Source: Protoeuglena noctilucae (lineage: Eukaryota). From it: DNA of 64,000 bases. A program made the position numbers and the translations under genes. The stretch spans positions 930,001 through 994,000 of the forward strand of contig OY253668.1 of NCBI GenBank assembly GCA_958009085.1, in the 5' to 3' direction. Shown one piece after another: positions 34,528 through 46,600 of this stretch (its first letter is position 1; every line of letters begins with the position of its first letter). The notes beneath the pieces were generated by a model, which did no database searches, was not told the origin of the DNA, and saw only the letters and a program-made list of their open reading frames with translations.

Positions 34528-34984
34528 CGTCGGCTGGCTGCCAGGGCTTGCCAGCAGAGAATGCGTGTCGCCCTCGAATGTGCGCCCCGTGGCGTCGGCG
34601 CAATACAGGTATTTCTGCAGCGCAATATAGATGCCAGGGCGTCGTAGAGGCAGCCGTGATTTCAAGCCGTGGTATCTGTCGCCCGCTGTTCTCAGCAGCC
34701 GAGCTGCTCGATCCCTGCGCAATCGTATCTCCGCCTTGATGTCATGCAAGCGGCAGCGAGACGGCGATAGGGTGGGGGGATGCAAGCGAGCGTGCAGCAA
34801 CGACCTAGTCAGCCACTGGAGACCACAACGAGTCGGGGCATCTAGCTTGCCTTCCCCGCTGACTGATTCCGCCACGAGTCGTCCCAGCCCCGCACCCACT
34901 CCGAGCCCTGCAGCGCTCAGGGGGAGAGGAGCCGCGTGTCACGTTGCACCTTGACCGCCTCCCAGAAAAGGGCGCGGATTGCCT

Positions 34985-35658
34985 TCACAATTCCCTGCCG
35001 CTCGGCTGCCTCGCCTGTGGCGCCGCGGTGCCCTGGTCCACGTACTCCTGCATGTCCTTGTCCACGCTCGCTTTCAGCGTCTACAGGCGCCGGTGAGGGA
35101 ATGGAAGTGTCGCCTTAGTCCACGCAGTTGGCAACGGCTTGCAGCAATGCCACGCATGAACAGCAGCCTCACCGCGAAAACCGGATTGCTTGCCACGCGC
35201 TCAGGTGCCGGGAGCTGCGACGTCAGCCACTTCCAAAGGTCCGGGTTCTCCTCGTCCAATAGCTGCAGCCGCGGACCAGGTGGGCAGGCGATGAGCCCCG
35301 CGACCGAGATCAGAGCAGCTTCCGCTGCCTTCTATTCGCGCTGCACCTGCTCCATGTGCTTCAGGTCTCCCTCGCTCATGTGCGGGACGTGGCGCTCGGC
35401 CCACAGCCCCACGAGCAGGTCGAGCTCAAGGAAGCCGCGTTGCTTGGCGCGGTAAAGCAGTTTGCTTCTGCGGCCTCCCAGCGAGTCCTCCTTGGCGCCG
35501 GAGCTCCACCCGCGCGCGCCATCACCCGGCCCAGCACCCCCACGGGCTCCACACTCGCCGCGCCATCGAAAGAGATCCCGCGACTCTGGCCAGCCACGCT
35601 CGCAATGGCGCAACAAGCGTACAGAGGCGTTGCGGACCCTCCCGAGTCCCGCGAGCAT
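34985..35658 (-). CDS. SDHAF2: Succinate dehydrogenase assembly factor 2 (Sdh5/SdhE family)
   Basis: KLLYRAKQRGFLELDLLVGLW and LLDEENPDLWKWLT motifs, with an Arg-rich presequence. Three exons. Confidence 0.92.
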
Positions 35659-35977
35659 CCCTGCGCGCTCCGGTTGCTCCGCCTGGTTCAAGCTCTGCCC
35701 TAAGCTGAGCTCTTTTGACAAGACTCGGAAAGCCACGGCTGTCTCTCGACGAAGCATCCAAGCATCGCCATGGAGCAGTTCCCCAGTCCCCCTCTCGGCC
35801 TCTGACAAGGCCGCACTCTGTCAGGGTTGTTTCGCGACATGCACAGGCGTGCAGGCGCAGCGCGTCAATCAGATTCCCGTCGCTGGAAGTGTAACAGAGA
35901 GCGTCCTGTGACTCGGTATCGCGAGCATAATTAGCTGAGCGCGGGGGAGTTCCTGTTGCACCGCAATTGGTCCAGCC

Positions 35978-37976
35978 ATGTCGCCAGCGGCCTTCGGATT
36001 CCCTGCGGAGCTGCATTCGCAGCACATGGTTTGCATGAGGCCGCGGCCCCGCACTGCCCTTGCGTGGCAGCGCTCGTCGATGGCCCAGTTGGCGGCGGCT
36101 GGTTGCCCATGCACCGTGTGCCCCCCTGCGAAGGCGAGGTGCTTTGGCCTAGCGAAGTGGTCGAGATACCGATGTGTCAACGGCGCGGCGAGTATCGCCG
36201 TCTGTCGCTCTTCTGGCCGCGAATGCGCGACGTCCCCGCTGTGCGGCGATGGCAGGCCTCTTTGGCGCGGCTGGAAGCGCGAACTCTCCCGTCGACCCTC
36301 ACAGCGGAGCACGAAATGCTCGTCGTTCTCTACGCTGAAGGAGGAGGCGCGGGATAGCAACCGGGAGGTGTATCGCAAGCTCATTGACGTGTTCTTGGAG
36401 CGGGACCGAGCCGACTGGCCCAAGCTTATGACGTACAGCAAGACGTGGCGCTCGATGGCGGAGTCGGTGTTTGAGGAGATGGCAATCATGGCGCGCGAGA
36501 TGGAGGACCCGGACAAGTCAGGCGGCGGCCCATAGAGACGCAGCTGCACGCGCGGAGGCGTGTCGTTGCTCTCAAGCATCGCGCGCGCCCATTCGCGCGC
36601 AGGCAAATCGAGATGGCGACGACGCTGAGGTCGCTGCGTGCTGTGGATGACGCGGTGCGAGACAACGACGACCTGCTGGCTGAGTTCGAGGACGCTCCGG
36701 AGGATGCGTGGGAGGGCCTCGTGGCAGCGCGTCGGCAGGATCTCACGATACAGGTGTGGTTGTGTAGTTTCATAGAAGTGGGCTGCGCAGCGCTGATGGG
36801 CAGGAGCGCTTGAGACGACGGCCTGCGCCTTTCCACCACAGTTCTTTGAGCACGTGCGGACGAGGGTGATGGCGGCGAAGGGCGACGAGGCGCGCCAGGA
36901 GCGCCTCACTTCTATCGCGTCGAAGCTGATTGCGCTCGTGGAGGCCTACGATCAAGCCACACGGTGGGTGGGCCCAAGCCGATTGTGCACCTTGACGGCC
37001 GCCACGATGTGAGCGCGAGGCGCCAGATGCCGCGTCCTGTGGCGCCGCAGGGACGAAGAGGCGATGCAGGAGGCGGGAGAGAAGCTCCGGGACCTCCTGT
37101 CGTCTGTCGGGGTGAGACGCGCGGGGCCTTGCGGTTGGGTCAACGGCCGCCGCCCTCCGTCGCCGTCACCCCTTGAGCCCGCACCCGCTCGCTCTCTCCC
37201 GCAGTCGTTGGAAGAGGCAGATCGCAAGATCGACGAGATGGCGGCTTCCGGCCGCATTGACCCCGCCTTCCTCCTCACGATGGCCAAGGCGTACGCGGGT
37301 GCGGGGACCGCGGACATCTGCCACGCCTTGCCCGCATCTGAGCGTGTCCCTGCTTGGATGCCGTGGTGGACTTCCTATCCGCCTAAACGGCGATCTATGC
37401 TGGGCAGCATGCGTCTGCCGACAGGCTCTGTCCACCGGTCTCTGTTCGCAGGCGTCAAGGAGTCGAGCATGACCCGGGACGAGGTGAAGGACGTGATGGC
37501 GCACCTGTACTTCAAAGCGAAGGAGGCCACGGCGCGGCAGCAGCCGCCCACGGTGCGCATCCTCAAGCACCTGCTCACGATCAAGGTGAGGCGCGCGTCC
37601 TTGGCAGCCCTGCTGCGGCTGATCGAGTCCTGCATCCTTCCGCATCATCTGTCGATCGCAACACTTGGATGCAGTGCATTCAGGCACAGTGACCGATGCT
37701 GCCATGCGCCTTGCCCCCCAGGACCCTCGGGAGGTGCGGAGGGGCCTGGAGGATGCCTTCACGCCCACACCCGGGGGCATGGAGCTGTCGGAGAAGGGCG
37801 AGGACCTGCTAAGCACCACCCCCGAGGAGATGGGCGCCGTGGTGGACGCGGTGCTGGGGGCGTTTGATGTGCGGGTGGCCAGCTCGATGCTGGGGGAGGC
37901 GGCGGGGCTGATGGACCCGAAGGTGGTGGGGAGGCTGCGGGACATCCAGAAGATGCTGCGAAAGGACTTTCTCTGA
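35978..37976 (+). CDS. Conserved chloroplast protein, At4g37920/CDB1-like
   Basis: KIDEMAASGRIDPAFLLTMAKAYA|GVKESSMTRDEVKDVMAHLY..PPTVRILKHLLTIK|DPREVRRGLEDAFTP matches my recollection of the At4g37920 family. The N-terminus is transit-peptide-like. Confidence 0.7.
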
Positions 37977-38774
37977 TGCGGACAGAGCGAGGGAACGGGG
38001 GCAACGTTTGACAGGGTCGCGTGGGTCCACTTTGGGTCTGCCGTCCACGCGATCGTCAACGGCTGATGCTATGAATGACTGGTCAACCTGTGTGCTGGAC
38101 TGACTGCCCACTGGCTTCCCTTGAATGCATGACGTCCCATACATCGGTGGCACGATTGCAGAAAGTGAGGCCACTGATGACTAGCAGCAGCCCTAGTCGC
38201 GGTCCCCTTCGTGCCCCACTGGCGCCGGGGTTGTTGCCCTCGCAGCCCCGTCGGACACAGCCAGACTGGCGGCACTCCCAAACTCCGTTGCGCCCTCCCG
38301 CGAACCATGAGACGACGCCAGGCTTGACCGGGACCCTGCGACAGGGACGAGCATACTAGACTATCAATCGACTCACGTGTCCGGTGGAGGACTTCCATGG
38401 CCGCGCCCATCGTGTCCCGTCCCACGCTCCCACCAACCATCGCGGTCTGCCACCATGCCCCCTGCCACTCACCCCGCCTCCACGTGAACCCTGTAGGTGC
38501 ATCCCGCACGCGCTGGCCCCCTATTGCTGCCCCGCCCTTGGTGCCCAGTCTGTCGGTGCTGACGGGGCGGCGCAGGCGGGGCTGGGCATCCGAGGCTCCC
38601 CACGACGACGACGTGGAGTTGCTGCGAAGGGCAACAGCAGTGCATGGTGTACAGCGGCGCGAGATGGTCACTCCAGTTGCCCAGGCCACCCACCGCCACG
38701 CTTCTCCATGGACCCCGCGCTGCAAGAACTGCACTAAGTAGTTCCTAGTTACTCTTGCCGACACCCCTCGTCCC

Positions 38775-41700
38775 TCACCGTGACGTCAGCGTGGCTCCGC
38801 CCGGGCTGATGCTGCGGAGTGGCAGGCCGTGGCTCAAACCACCCCTCACACCGCCCCACTGCCCCCCCTCGCCCGCCAGCCCCTTCCCACCGATGCCGGC
38901 GCCCGTCTTGGGAGTGACCGGCGCCGACGCCACCCACCGCCCCGTCGCAGCCCCGCCCTGGTCCGCGCGCACCACATCTCCAGGCGACGCGCCCGGCACC
39001 TCCCCGGATGTCGCAATCGAGGCATCCGCACCGTCACCGGCGCCCACCCCACCCGCACCGACGGCCGCTGCCACGTCAGCAGCCGCGCCTGAGCCCGGCG
39101 GGGCTGGGGGCCGCCCCCACGCCACGGTGCGCACGCGGCCAGGGCCAAACGCGGCTTGGGACGCAGCCGGGCCGTGGCCTTGGGGAGAGGGCGGCGCGGA
39201 TGCCCTGGCTGGGATGGCGAGGGTCCCTGTGTGCGGCGGGTGGCTGCCTGCCGGGCTCACGAGGGACGTCCTGGGCGCCGACCGTGGGGTGTGCGTGGTC
39301 AGGGCATCCGGGGAGGGCACGTGCAGTGGTGCGGCGGCGTGCTTGCGGATGACGACGGGGGGCGAAGACTGGGCCGACGCACAGCCGCGAGTGGATGGGG
39401 GCCGCGCGTGGCTGGAGGGTGCTAGGAGACCCTGCGACGAGGGGACAGCCGGTGAGAGGTAGCTGGACAGAACAACACATCAGCTGCATCGCGCCGTTTC
39501 ATTTCCACAGATCCCATCCTCGCCTGCAACGCTGCGTGGAATGCCCCGGACGACCGCCGCGGACGCGCCGCTCCCTGCGCATCGCCCTCGCTGTCACCCC
39601 CGCCACCACCCTCTGCCGCGCCCCCTCCCGCCCTCGCATCGCCACCCTCCGCCTCCTTCCCCTCCCCTCCCCCACCCTGCGCCCCCACCACCCCATCCGC
39701 CCCCTCCGACCGCCTCCTCTCCCGCGCCAGTGCAAACGAATCGATGTCCAGCGCATGCTGACGCGGAGGCAAGCGCAGGGGGCTGGTGCCCGCGGGTGTC
39801 CCCGGGTCCGCCCCCAGGGACGCACGGCGGCGGCCGGTGGAGGAGGTGGAACGGAGGGCCGAGGGGGGCGAGGACGAGGGGGATGGTGTGGGGGCATCGC
39901 TGACGGGCGACCCACGCGGGCGAGGCCCCGCAGCTGCCATGGGCGGCGCCTGGATGGTCGCTGGGGCTGACGGCGCGTGGCTTGGCCGCCCCGTCTGCGC
40001 CGCTGCCGCACTGCCGCCGGGTGCATGTTCAGCATTGGCGGGCGCGTCATCCGGCGCTGCGTCCCGACTCAGGGCTCCCCGGCCACCGCCGTCGCCTGCC
40101 CCGGCGTTGGTTACAGGTGTAGATGAGAAGGAGGGCGACAGGAGGGACGCGGTGTCGGCGCGCAGGAGTGGGAAGACGGCTGAGGAGGTCAGTGGGGGCG
40201 TCCAGGGGTGCGTAGGCTCAATCGGGAGCGACAGCGCCCGGGGCATGGCCGCGTCTGGTGACGAGCCCAGTTCCCCGGCCGTCCCTTGCGGTGAGGCAGG
40301 GGTGGCACTGCTGCTACTCCGCTGCTGCTGCTGCTGCGACCCCGCGTCTGCACCTGCGGCTCTGCCGTCTGACTGAGAAAGCCCCGCCAACCCCTCCCCC
40401 TGTTCCCCTCCTGCCCGAGCCTCCCCTCCCCCGCTGTCACCAAACGCTGTCAGGTGTCCATCAGCACCACCGCCATCGCCTCGCCCTGCCCCGGTCTCGT
40501 CCATGACTTCGCCCCTCGCATCATGGATGGTGGCACTCTCAGCACAGGTCTGCCCTACATGTCCGCCTGACTCGCCCCCCGCACACTGACCAACCGCAAC
40601 CTCGCCCTCCGCTCCCGCAGCCGGCGACTCTGGCAAATGAGAGGCCTGCATACCCAAGCGACTGGGTGTCCGGCGCATGCCATGTGGGTGCGGGTGCGGG
40701 TGCGGGTGAGGGTGTGGATGAGGTTGCGGGTGTGGATGAGGGTGCGGGTGAGGATGCAGGTGAGGTTGCGTGTGCAGAGGGCGATGCTTGTGTGCCCCCC
40801 CATGTGACACCTTCACCCCAACCCTGTCCGACGCCAAGTGACTGCGGGCACCCCCCTGCCTCTCCGCCCTCCCCCCTCCCTTGGGCGTGTCTGGCACCCA
40901 CGTCAGCTCCGAGTCCCCCATGTCTGACGCCCACGCCCGCCGCTTGCCCTCCAGCCACGACACGAGCGCGTCGTCCTGGTGGCCATGGCGCGACAGCCAC
41001 TCGTCGCCCGGCTCACTCTTAGCGGCCGTGGCAAATGGGGCTCCCTCAGCGTCACTGACCACAGAGCCCAGACCGGGTCCATCACCACCCTCGCCGCCTG
41101 TGCTGCCACCCTGCATGCCGCTACCCCCGTCGCCGTCTCTGTTTGGGCCCACAGCCGCTCTCCTCTCCACACCCGCAGGTCCGCAGCCCTCTTCACCCTG
41201 CCCTGTCTGTCCCCCAGCATCCAATCCTCCTTGCAAGGGTGCAGAGCCTTGGGCATGCCCCTCCCCGTCCCCCCGCCCCACCCCCTGCCCACCACCCCCC
41301 GCATGGCCCGATGAAAGCTCAGCGGCGCTCCCCGAATCCACCATCGCACGAGGTGACCGGGGCGACGCAGCTCGGCCCACCCTTGGCCCCTCACCGCCGT
41401 CGCTGCTGCTCCGTGCGTGGCGGATGGTCCTGTGGATGCTGGAAGCGTAACGTTTACTCTGGCGCCCTGCACGAGACGACGCCTCACGCCTTCAAGCCCA
41501 GAGCACGTTCCCCCGCTTCTCTCGGCAGCCTCGTGCCCCTCACCGCAGCGTCTCGACTTCCGGGACCGTGGCCCCGAACATGAACTCGAGGGCGTCCCCC
41601 ATCCGCGCGCTGTTCTGCGCCGCTGCCGCCAGCGTCGACGTGGGCGCCGCCAGCCGCGCCACCGCGGACCCGGGGGACGGCAGCCCAGGGCGCGACCTGG

Positions 41701-42867
41701 GCCCCGCCTCGCCCAACACGTCCACCTCCGGGTCGGACACCAGGGCACCGCGAAACGCCAGCCTGGCGGCGTGGGCGCCAGATCCGCTGGAGGAGCCAGC
41801 GGGGCACGACTGGGACTTGCCGACCATGCCGCGTCCCGCTGCGGGGTGGGTCCCGTGCGACGCTGGCGCCAGCGCCTCGCAGGGACCCTCCGCGAGGTCC
41901 GTGGCTAAGCGCACACGCCTCTGCAGGGATAGGCGACATCAGGCCGCGGTTGCTGCAACGGCGAGCAGAGCTCAGCCCGCCCTGTCACGGTCCCCTCATA
42001 AAGCTCGTGCAGTCTTACTGACGCATGATCCACTTGTCACTGCCCCCTCACCTCCCTACCCATGGTCGTCGTGAAGAGATCCCCCACCGCACCGTGCCCC
42101 TCGTCCTGGCTCCCCCACACATGGCGCATGGGCGGGCGGTGCGGGAGGAACGCGTCATCCACCGCCAAACTGCGCGCATTCGAATGCATCAAGCTGAGAC
42201 CTCAGGGGAGTCTCACAGTGCGTTGCCCAGTAGGCAGAGCTGCTCCCACCTGCGCACGACCGCGTCGCGCCCAGACCCGGGCATCCCCTCCGCCCCGCCA
42301 GCTGCAAAGACGTTCACCCCAGGCCAGCCCGCCTGTAATCCCACGTCCCGCGTCGTGGCAGGTCGCGCCTCGGTCGGCTGCGGCGACGCCACCGAGGCCT
42401 CCGCGCCCAGGTATCGCGCCAGGGCCGGCAGGTCCGCGACCGCCTGCTCCAGAGACGCACCGGCGCTCTGCCTCTCACGTCGAAGCGCGTCCTCCAGCAT
42501 CAGCATGCGTCGCTCCGCCGCCTTGACCTGAGTGCGCGATGGAGGGCACATAATTAATGTGGTTCAGCACTTTAGCCTGCCAGGAGTCCCGTGGAGAGAG
42601 CGCGGCCGGCCCTCACAAACCCAAAGTCGGTCTTCCGTCCCGTCTCCAGCTCTTCGATCCGGGCGAGGAGTACATCGCGCTCCGCTACGAGCTGTCCAAG
42701 GGTCGCCTCATACCGTCTCCACTCCTCTTGCAGGAACGCGCAAACCTGCGGGAGCACAATGCAGCACGGGGTGGGAGGCCCACCAGGGGGCTTCTCCGCG
42801 AGGCTCTCGTGGCCACTCGGCTGCCCTGCAACATTCTTGGGCGTGTATTGCTGCGGCCGATGCTCAT
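38775..42867 (-). CDS. Protein with N-terminal striatin coiled-coil domain and long low-complexity tail (both ends uncertain)
   Basis: Exons 42745-42617 and 42527 onward splice to CAFLQEEWRRYEATLGQLVAERDVLLARIEELETGRKTDFGF|VKAAERRMLMLEDALRRERQS, which aligns without gaps to the striatin-N consensus. Downstream minus-strand ORFs (41540-41914, 39422-41380, 38775-39320) are Gly/Ala/Ser-rich. Confidence 0.65.
40683..40772 (-). repeat. Degenerate hexanucleotide repeat encoding a (His-Pro)n tract
   Basis: Translates as HTQPHLHPHPHPHPHPQPHPHPHPHPHPHPH within ORF 39422-41380. Confidence 0.85.
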
Positions 42868-43695
42868 CGTCAAAGGCAAGAGGCTTTGGATGCGCATTAA
42901 CTCCTGGGGCAAGGGGGGCGACGCGCCCAGGAGCCTCGCCACCTCGACACGGCACGCATGAGCCCACAATCACCGATATTTGGCGCAATCCAAGAGAAAG
43001 ATTACATGAGACTCATCAAAAGTGCAGACTAGCGCGCGGATGCGCTGCACTCGTCCCTCACACCCCGCGTGCGCTTCCACGCCCCCGCGCTGCGTCGTCG
43101 GCTCACCCCGGGAATGGTGAGCATGTCAGTTCTCGGCCCTCTCAACCTACTTCTTGCTGCGGGTGCCATCGACGTCATATCGCTGACAAAACCCGCGCCC
43201 AGAACGGACGCCCAGAATGAACAAAAGGATAGCAACTGGTCGCGCGCGCCAGCCCCGCGAGCGTGCTTTGTTCCTCGCACGGCAACTTCGATGTGCAAAT
43301 TCTGAGCATCCCAGCAGCATGACGCTACTGGCATGGGTCATTCCCACGCAAGCTCCCTCTCGCCCCGCCTTACGTGCATGCGCGGTCAATCGCAGATCGC
43401 ACCGTCTCCTATGCCTGCCACCGGGTGCCCTGTGCCTGCCTAGCAGTCTCACGGCCTGCCTCACAGGCCTGCTCGCTGAGATGCGGGGAAGATGCGGCAA
43501 CTGAGCGGGTACGAATGCAGCACTTCCGCGCAGGAGACTAGTTCGCGCGTTCGGATGCGGCCTACGATTCCCCCGGAGCTGAAAGGCGAGCAGCAGAGCA
43601 GATTCACGAACACGCACCAGGCCTCCCGCGCGGGGCTGCGATTGGAGGACGGATGCAGCCCGATCAACTCGATTTCGTGTCCATGATGCGCACCG

Positions 43696-46600
43696 ATGGA
43701 AGCGAGTCGCTTGACCCGCGGTTGTCGACGCTGCGCTGCAGGTTCCCGGCGCGTCGCTTATCGAAGCCCGCGCGGCGCGCTGCGGGTGGAGGCGCGTCTG
43801 CTACCCAGCCGGAATCTACAGCGTCAACTCCTGAACCAGCTCGCGCTGCGACAATCGCAAGCGAGGGAGAAGAAGGAGGCGGAGGGGAGGAAACCTGCCC
43901 GGCAAGGCTCTACGCCCGACGAGAGGCCCTCGGCGGACGGCATCGGCGCGCGGAAAGGATCTGCGACCACTGTACGGTCGGAAACGGCCATCGCGCCCCG
44001 AGACCCCGCCGCACTGGGCTCCAGCGCGACGGCAGAGGGCGGCGCACAGGGCGTGGCAAGGGATGAGGCGGCCGCGGCCGCAGCTGCAGCGCAGCAGCTG
44101 TTTCTGGAGGACCCTGTGGCCATAACGCAGCGCGAGATCGCGGAGGCGGTCGGGGAGCCCGCGCCGGTTCTCTGGGCGGAGAGCCCCCTTGCGCCACCCC
44201 CGGCTCCGGAGTTCCCGCGACCCGGGCTGGCCGGACTGTGGCAGCGCTTCAGTCGGTCCGGATTCGTGGATCCCGGCACGGTCACGGATGTGGCGCCGGC
44301 CCAGCAGAGGGCCCCCGAGGAGCAGGCGAGTGACACAGCGCGCACATGCGTGGGACGGCCCGGTGTCGCCTCCTCTGTGGCAGCCAGAATCGCAGCGGCC
44401 CCCGCACCCGCAGCGTGCGTCCATGGGGTCTCCGACGGCGGACGAGGCGCCCACGCTGGACCGTGGGGCGGCGAACGAAATGAGGGGACCTGCGCCTGGC
44501 ATTGCTCCGCCCCCTGCCGTGCCAGTGGCGGTGACGATAGAAGCACCACCCGCCCCCCCATCGCCCGACAAGCCCGCCTCAGCCAAGCCGGCTGCTGTCC
44601 CGCTGCCGGTGCCACCCCTGACTGCGCCCTCTGGCCGCCCCCAATGGCGCCCCGGGTCCGTGGAGGACTTCCTGGAGAGGGAGGGCGTGCCGGCGCCGCT
44701 GATCGAGGACTGCGTGCGCCGCATCGTGGCGTGGCGCGTGACCAAGCTGGGCCGCGTGCTGGTGGACCGGCGGAGGAGGAACCGCGTGGAGAGGAATATG
44801 GTCGAGGTGAGGCGTGACGTGGGTGGGGGTGGTAAAGCGGAGAGGAACATGGTCGAGGTGAGGCGTGACGTGGGTGGGGGTGGTAAAGTGGAGAGGAAGA
44901 TGGTCGAGGTGAGGCGTGACGTGGGTGGGGGTGATAAAGCGGAGAGGAATAGGGCGAACAGATGATGCGTGGCGTGTTGTTGGGCGGAATGGGAAGGGGA
45001 CGTAGTGCAGCTGACGGTTACAAACACGCCTGTCGTACCGCGACCTGCGGCCGCTGCATGACGCCCCCCCTCTCCTCACCTCTCCCCAGGCGGCAGAGTA
45101 CCTGGAGAGAGCGTGCGGGGTCCCCCGTGGCCCCCACGGCGTGGGCCGCCTGCTGTCCGACACCCCCATGGTGCTGCTGTGCAAGGCGTCGCTCAACGAC
45201 CGATGGGACAGGCGCGCCCTGGAGCTGGCGGCGTACAAGCACCACCACGGGCACTGGTGAGCGCTGGAAGTGTGGCACGGCCGCTGCGCAGGGGGTGCTG
45301 GTGACAGAGATTGAGAGTGCTTGGGGCTGTTACGCATCCCTGCCAGCACGCACCCCATGCCTGTGCTCCTGTGCCCCACACCTGCACACCGTGTCCCTTC
45401 CCCAGCAACGTCCCCGAGGACTGGCCAGGCAACCCGGAGCTGTCGAGTTGGCTCCGTCGCCAGTACGTGGCAGTGGCGCAGGGGACGCTGAGCCCCGAGC
45501 GCACGGCAGTGCTGGACGACATTGGAGTGAGCTTCGAGGTGGTGCAGCAGGTGACGCGGGTGGGGCCACGGGGAACAGCGACTGCGCGTCAATGCCAGCG
45601 AGTCACGCCCACCATGTGCCACCCCACCGTTCTACCCCCCACCCCACGCAAGGCACTTCTCCCTACCCCGCAGATCACCACGGACTGGGAGGCCCACTTC
45701 GACCTCCTCCTCGACCTCCGCAGCGCCTTCTCCGACCGCCACGCCCCCTTCCCCTGGGACACCGCGCCGTGGATGCTCGTGCCGGACCCAGCCCTGTGGG
45801 ACCTGGCGCACTGGCTGGAGCTGCAGAGGGCTATGCGCACGCGGGGGCTGGCCACGGCCGACGCCGTGGGGCGTCTCACGGCAACGCAGGCCGAGTGGGC
45901 GCCCCAGAGGGCCGAGGGGGCGGGGGGTTGGATGGCCACCTATGTGGAGCTCGTCTACCACCACTACCGGTGCGTGGGTGACTTGGCGTGGTTGTCCATG
46001 AGCGTGTTGTGTGTGTGTTGCTTGTCTACCACAACTACCAGTGCGTGGATGGTCGCCCATGAGCGTGGCGGACAGTCCCACTCTCTGCCACCGCGCAACC
46101 CAACCCCCAACCCCAACCGCCCGCAGTCACGAGCAGGCCCTTCTCTCCCGCGAGGCTCTGCAGCAGGCCAAGGGGCCCAAGGGGTACGGGTCATCGCGCA
46201 CGGACGGCACGGCAGGGCAGTTGGCGGACGTGGTGCGGGTGCCAGGGACGTTTGTGGAGTGGCTGCCGCGAGCGAAGGGGACTGCGGGGGTGCTGCTGGC
46301 GGGGAGCGGGGGAGGTGGTGCGGGGCGTGGGGGCGAGGGGCACCGACCGAGGACTCAGGTGACGGGCAGTGGTGCACGGTTTGCAAACCACCGCGTGTTT
46401 GGTCCGTGGCCGCTCTCGCCATCTGTCGCTCTCTCCTCTGCACTGACACCTGCCGACTTTATCTCTCATCTCATGCCCCCAGGTGGATGCGCCCGTGCGT
46501 GCCGTGGGCGTGATGCAGGCACTGGCGGCCGACACCCCCGCCCAGGAAGAGAGGGGCTGGGAGGGGGCGGAGGTCATGGACATGAACCCCACGAGGGCGT

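Noticed and set aside
29809..42867. Split striatin, with the missing WD40 half supplied by the nearby WD40 genes
   Set aside because: Those WD40 arrays are fused to their own kinase or NACHT domains, are separated from the striatin-N gene by unrelated genes, and resemble HET-E-type rather than striatin repeats.
44788..44951. CRISPR-like array
   Set aside because: The units are contiguous near-identical tandem copies with no unique spacers, there are no cas genes, and the context is eukaryotic.
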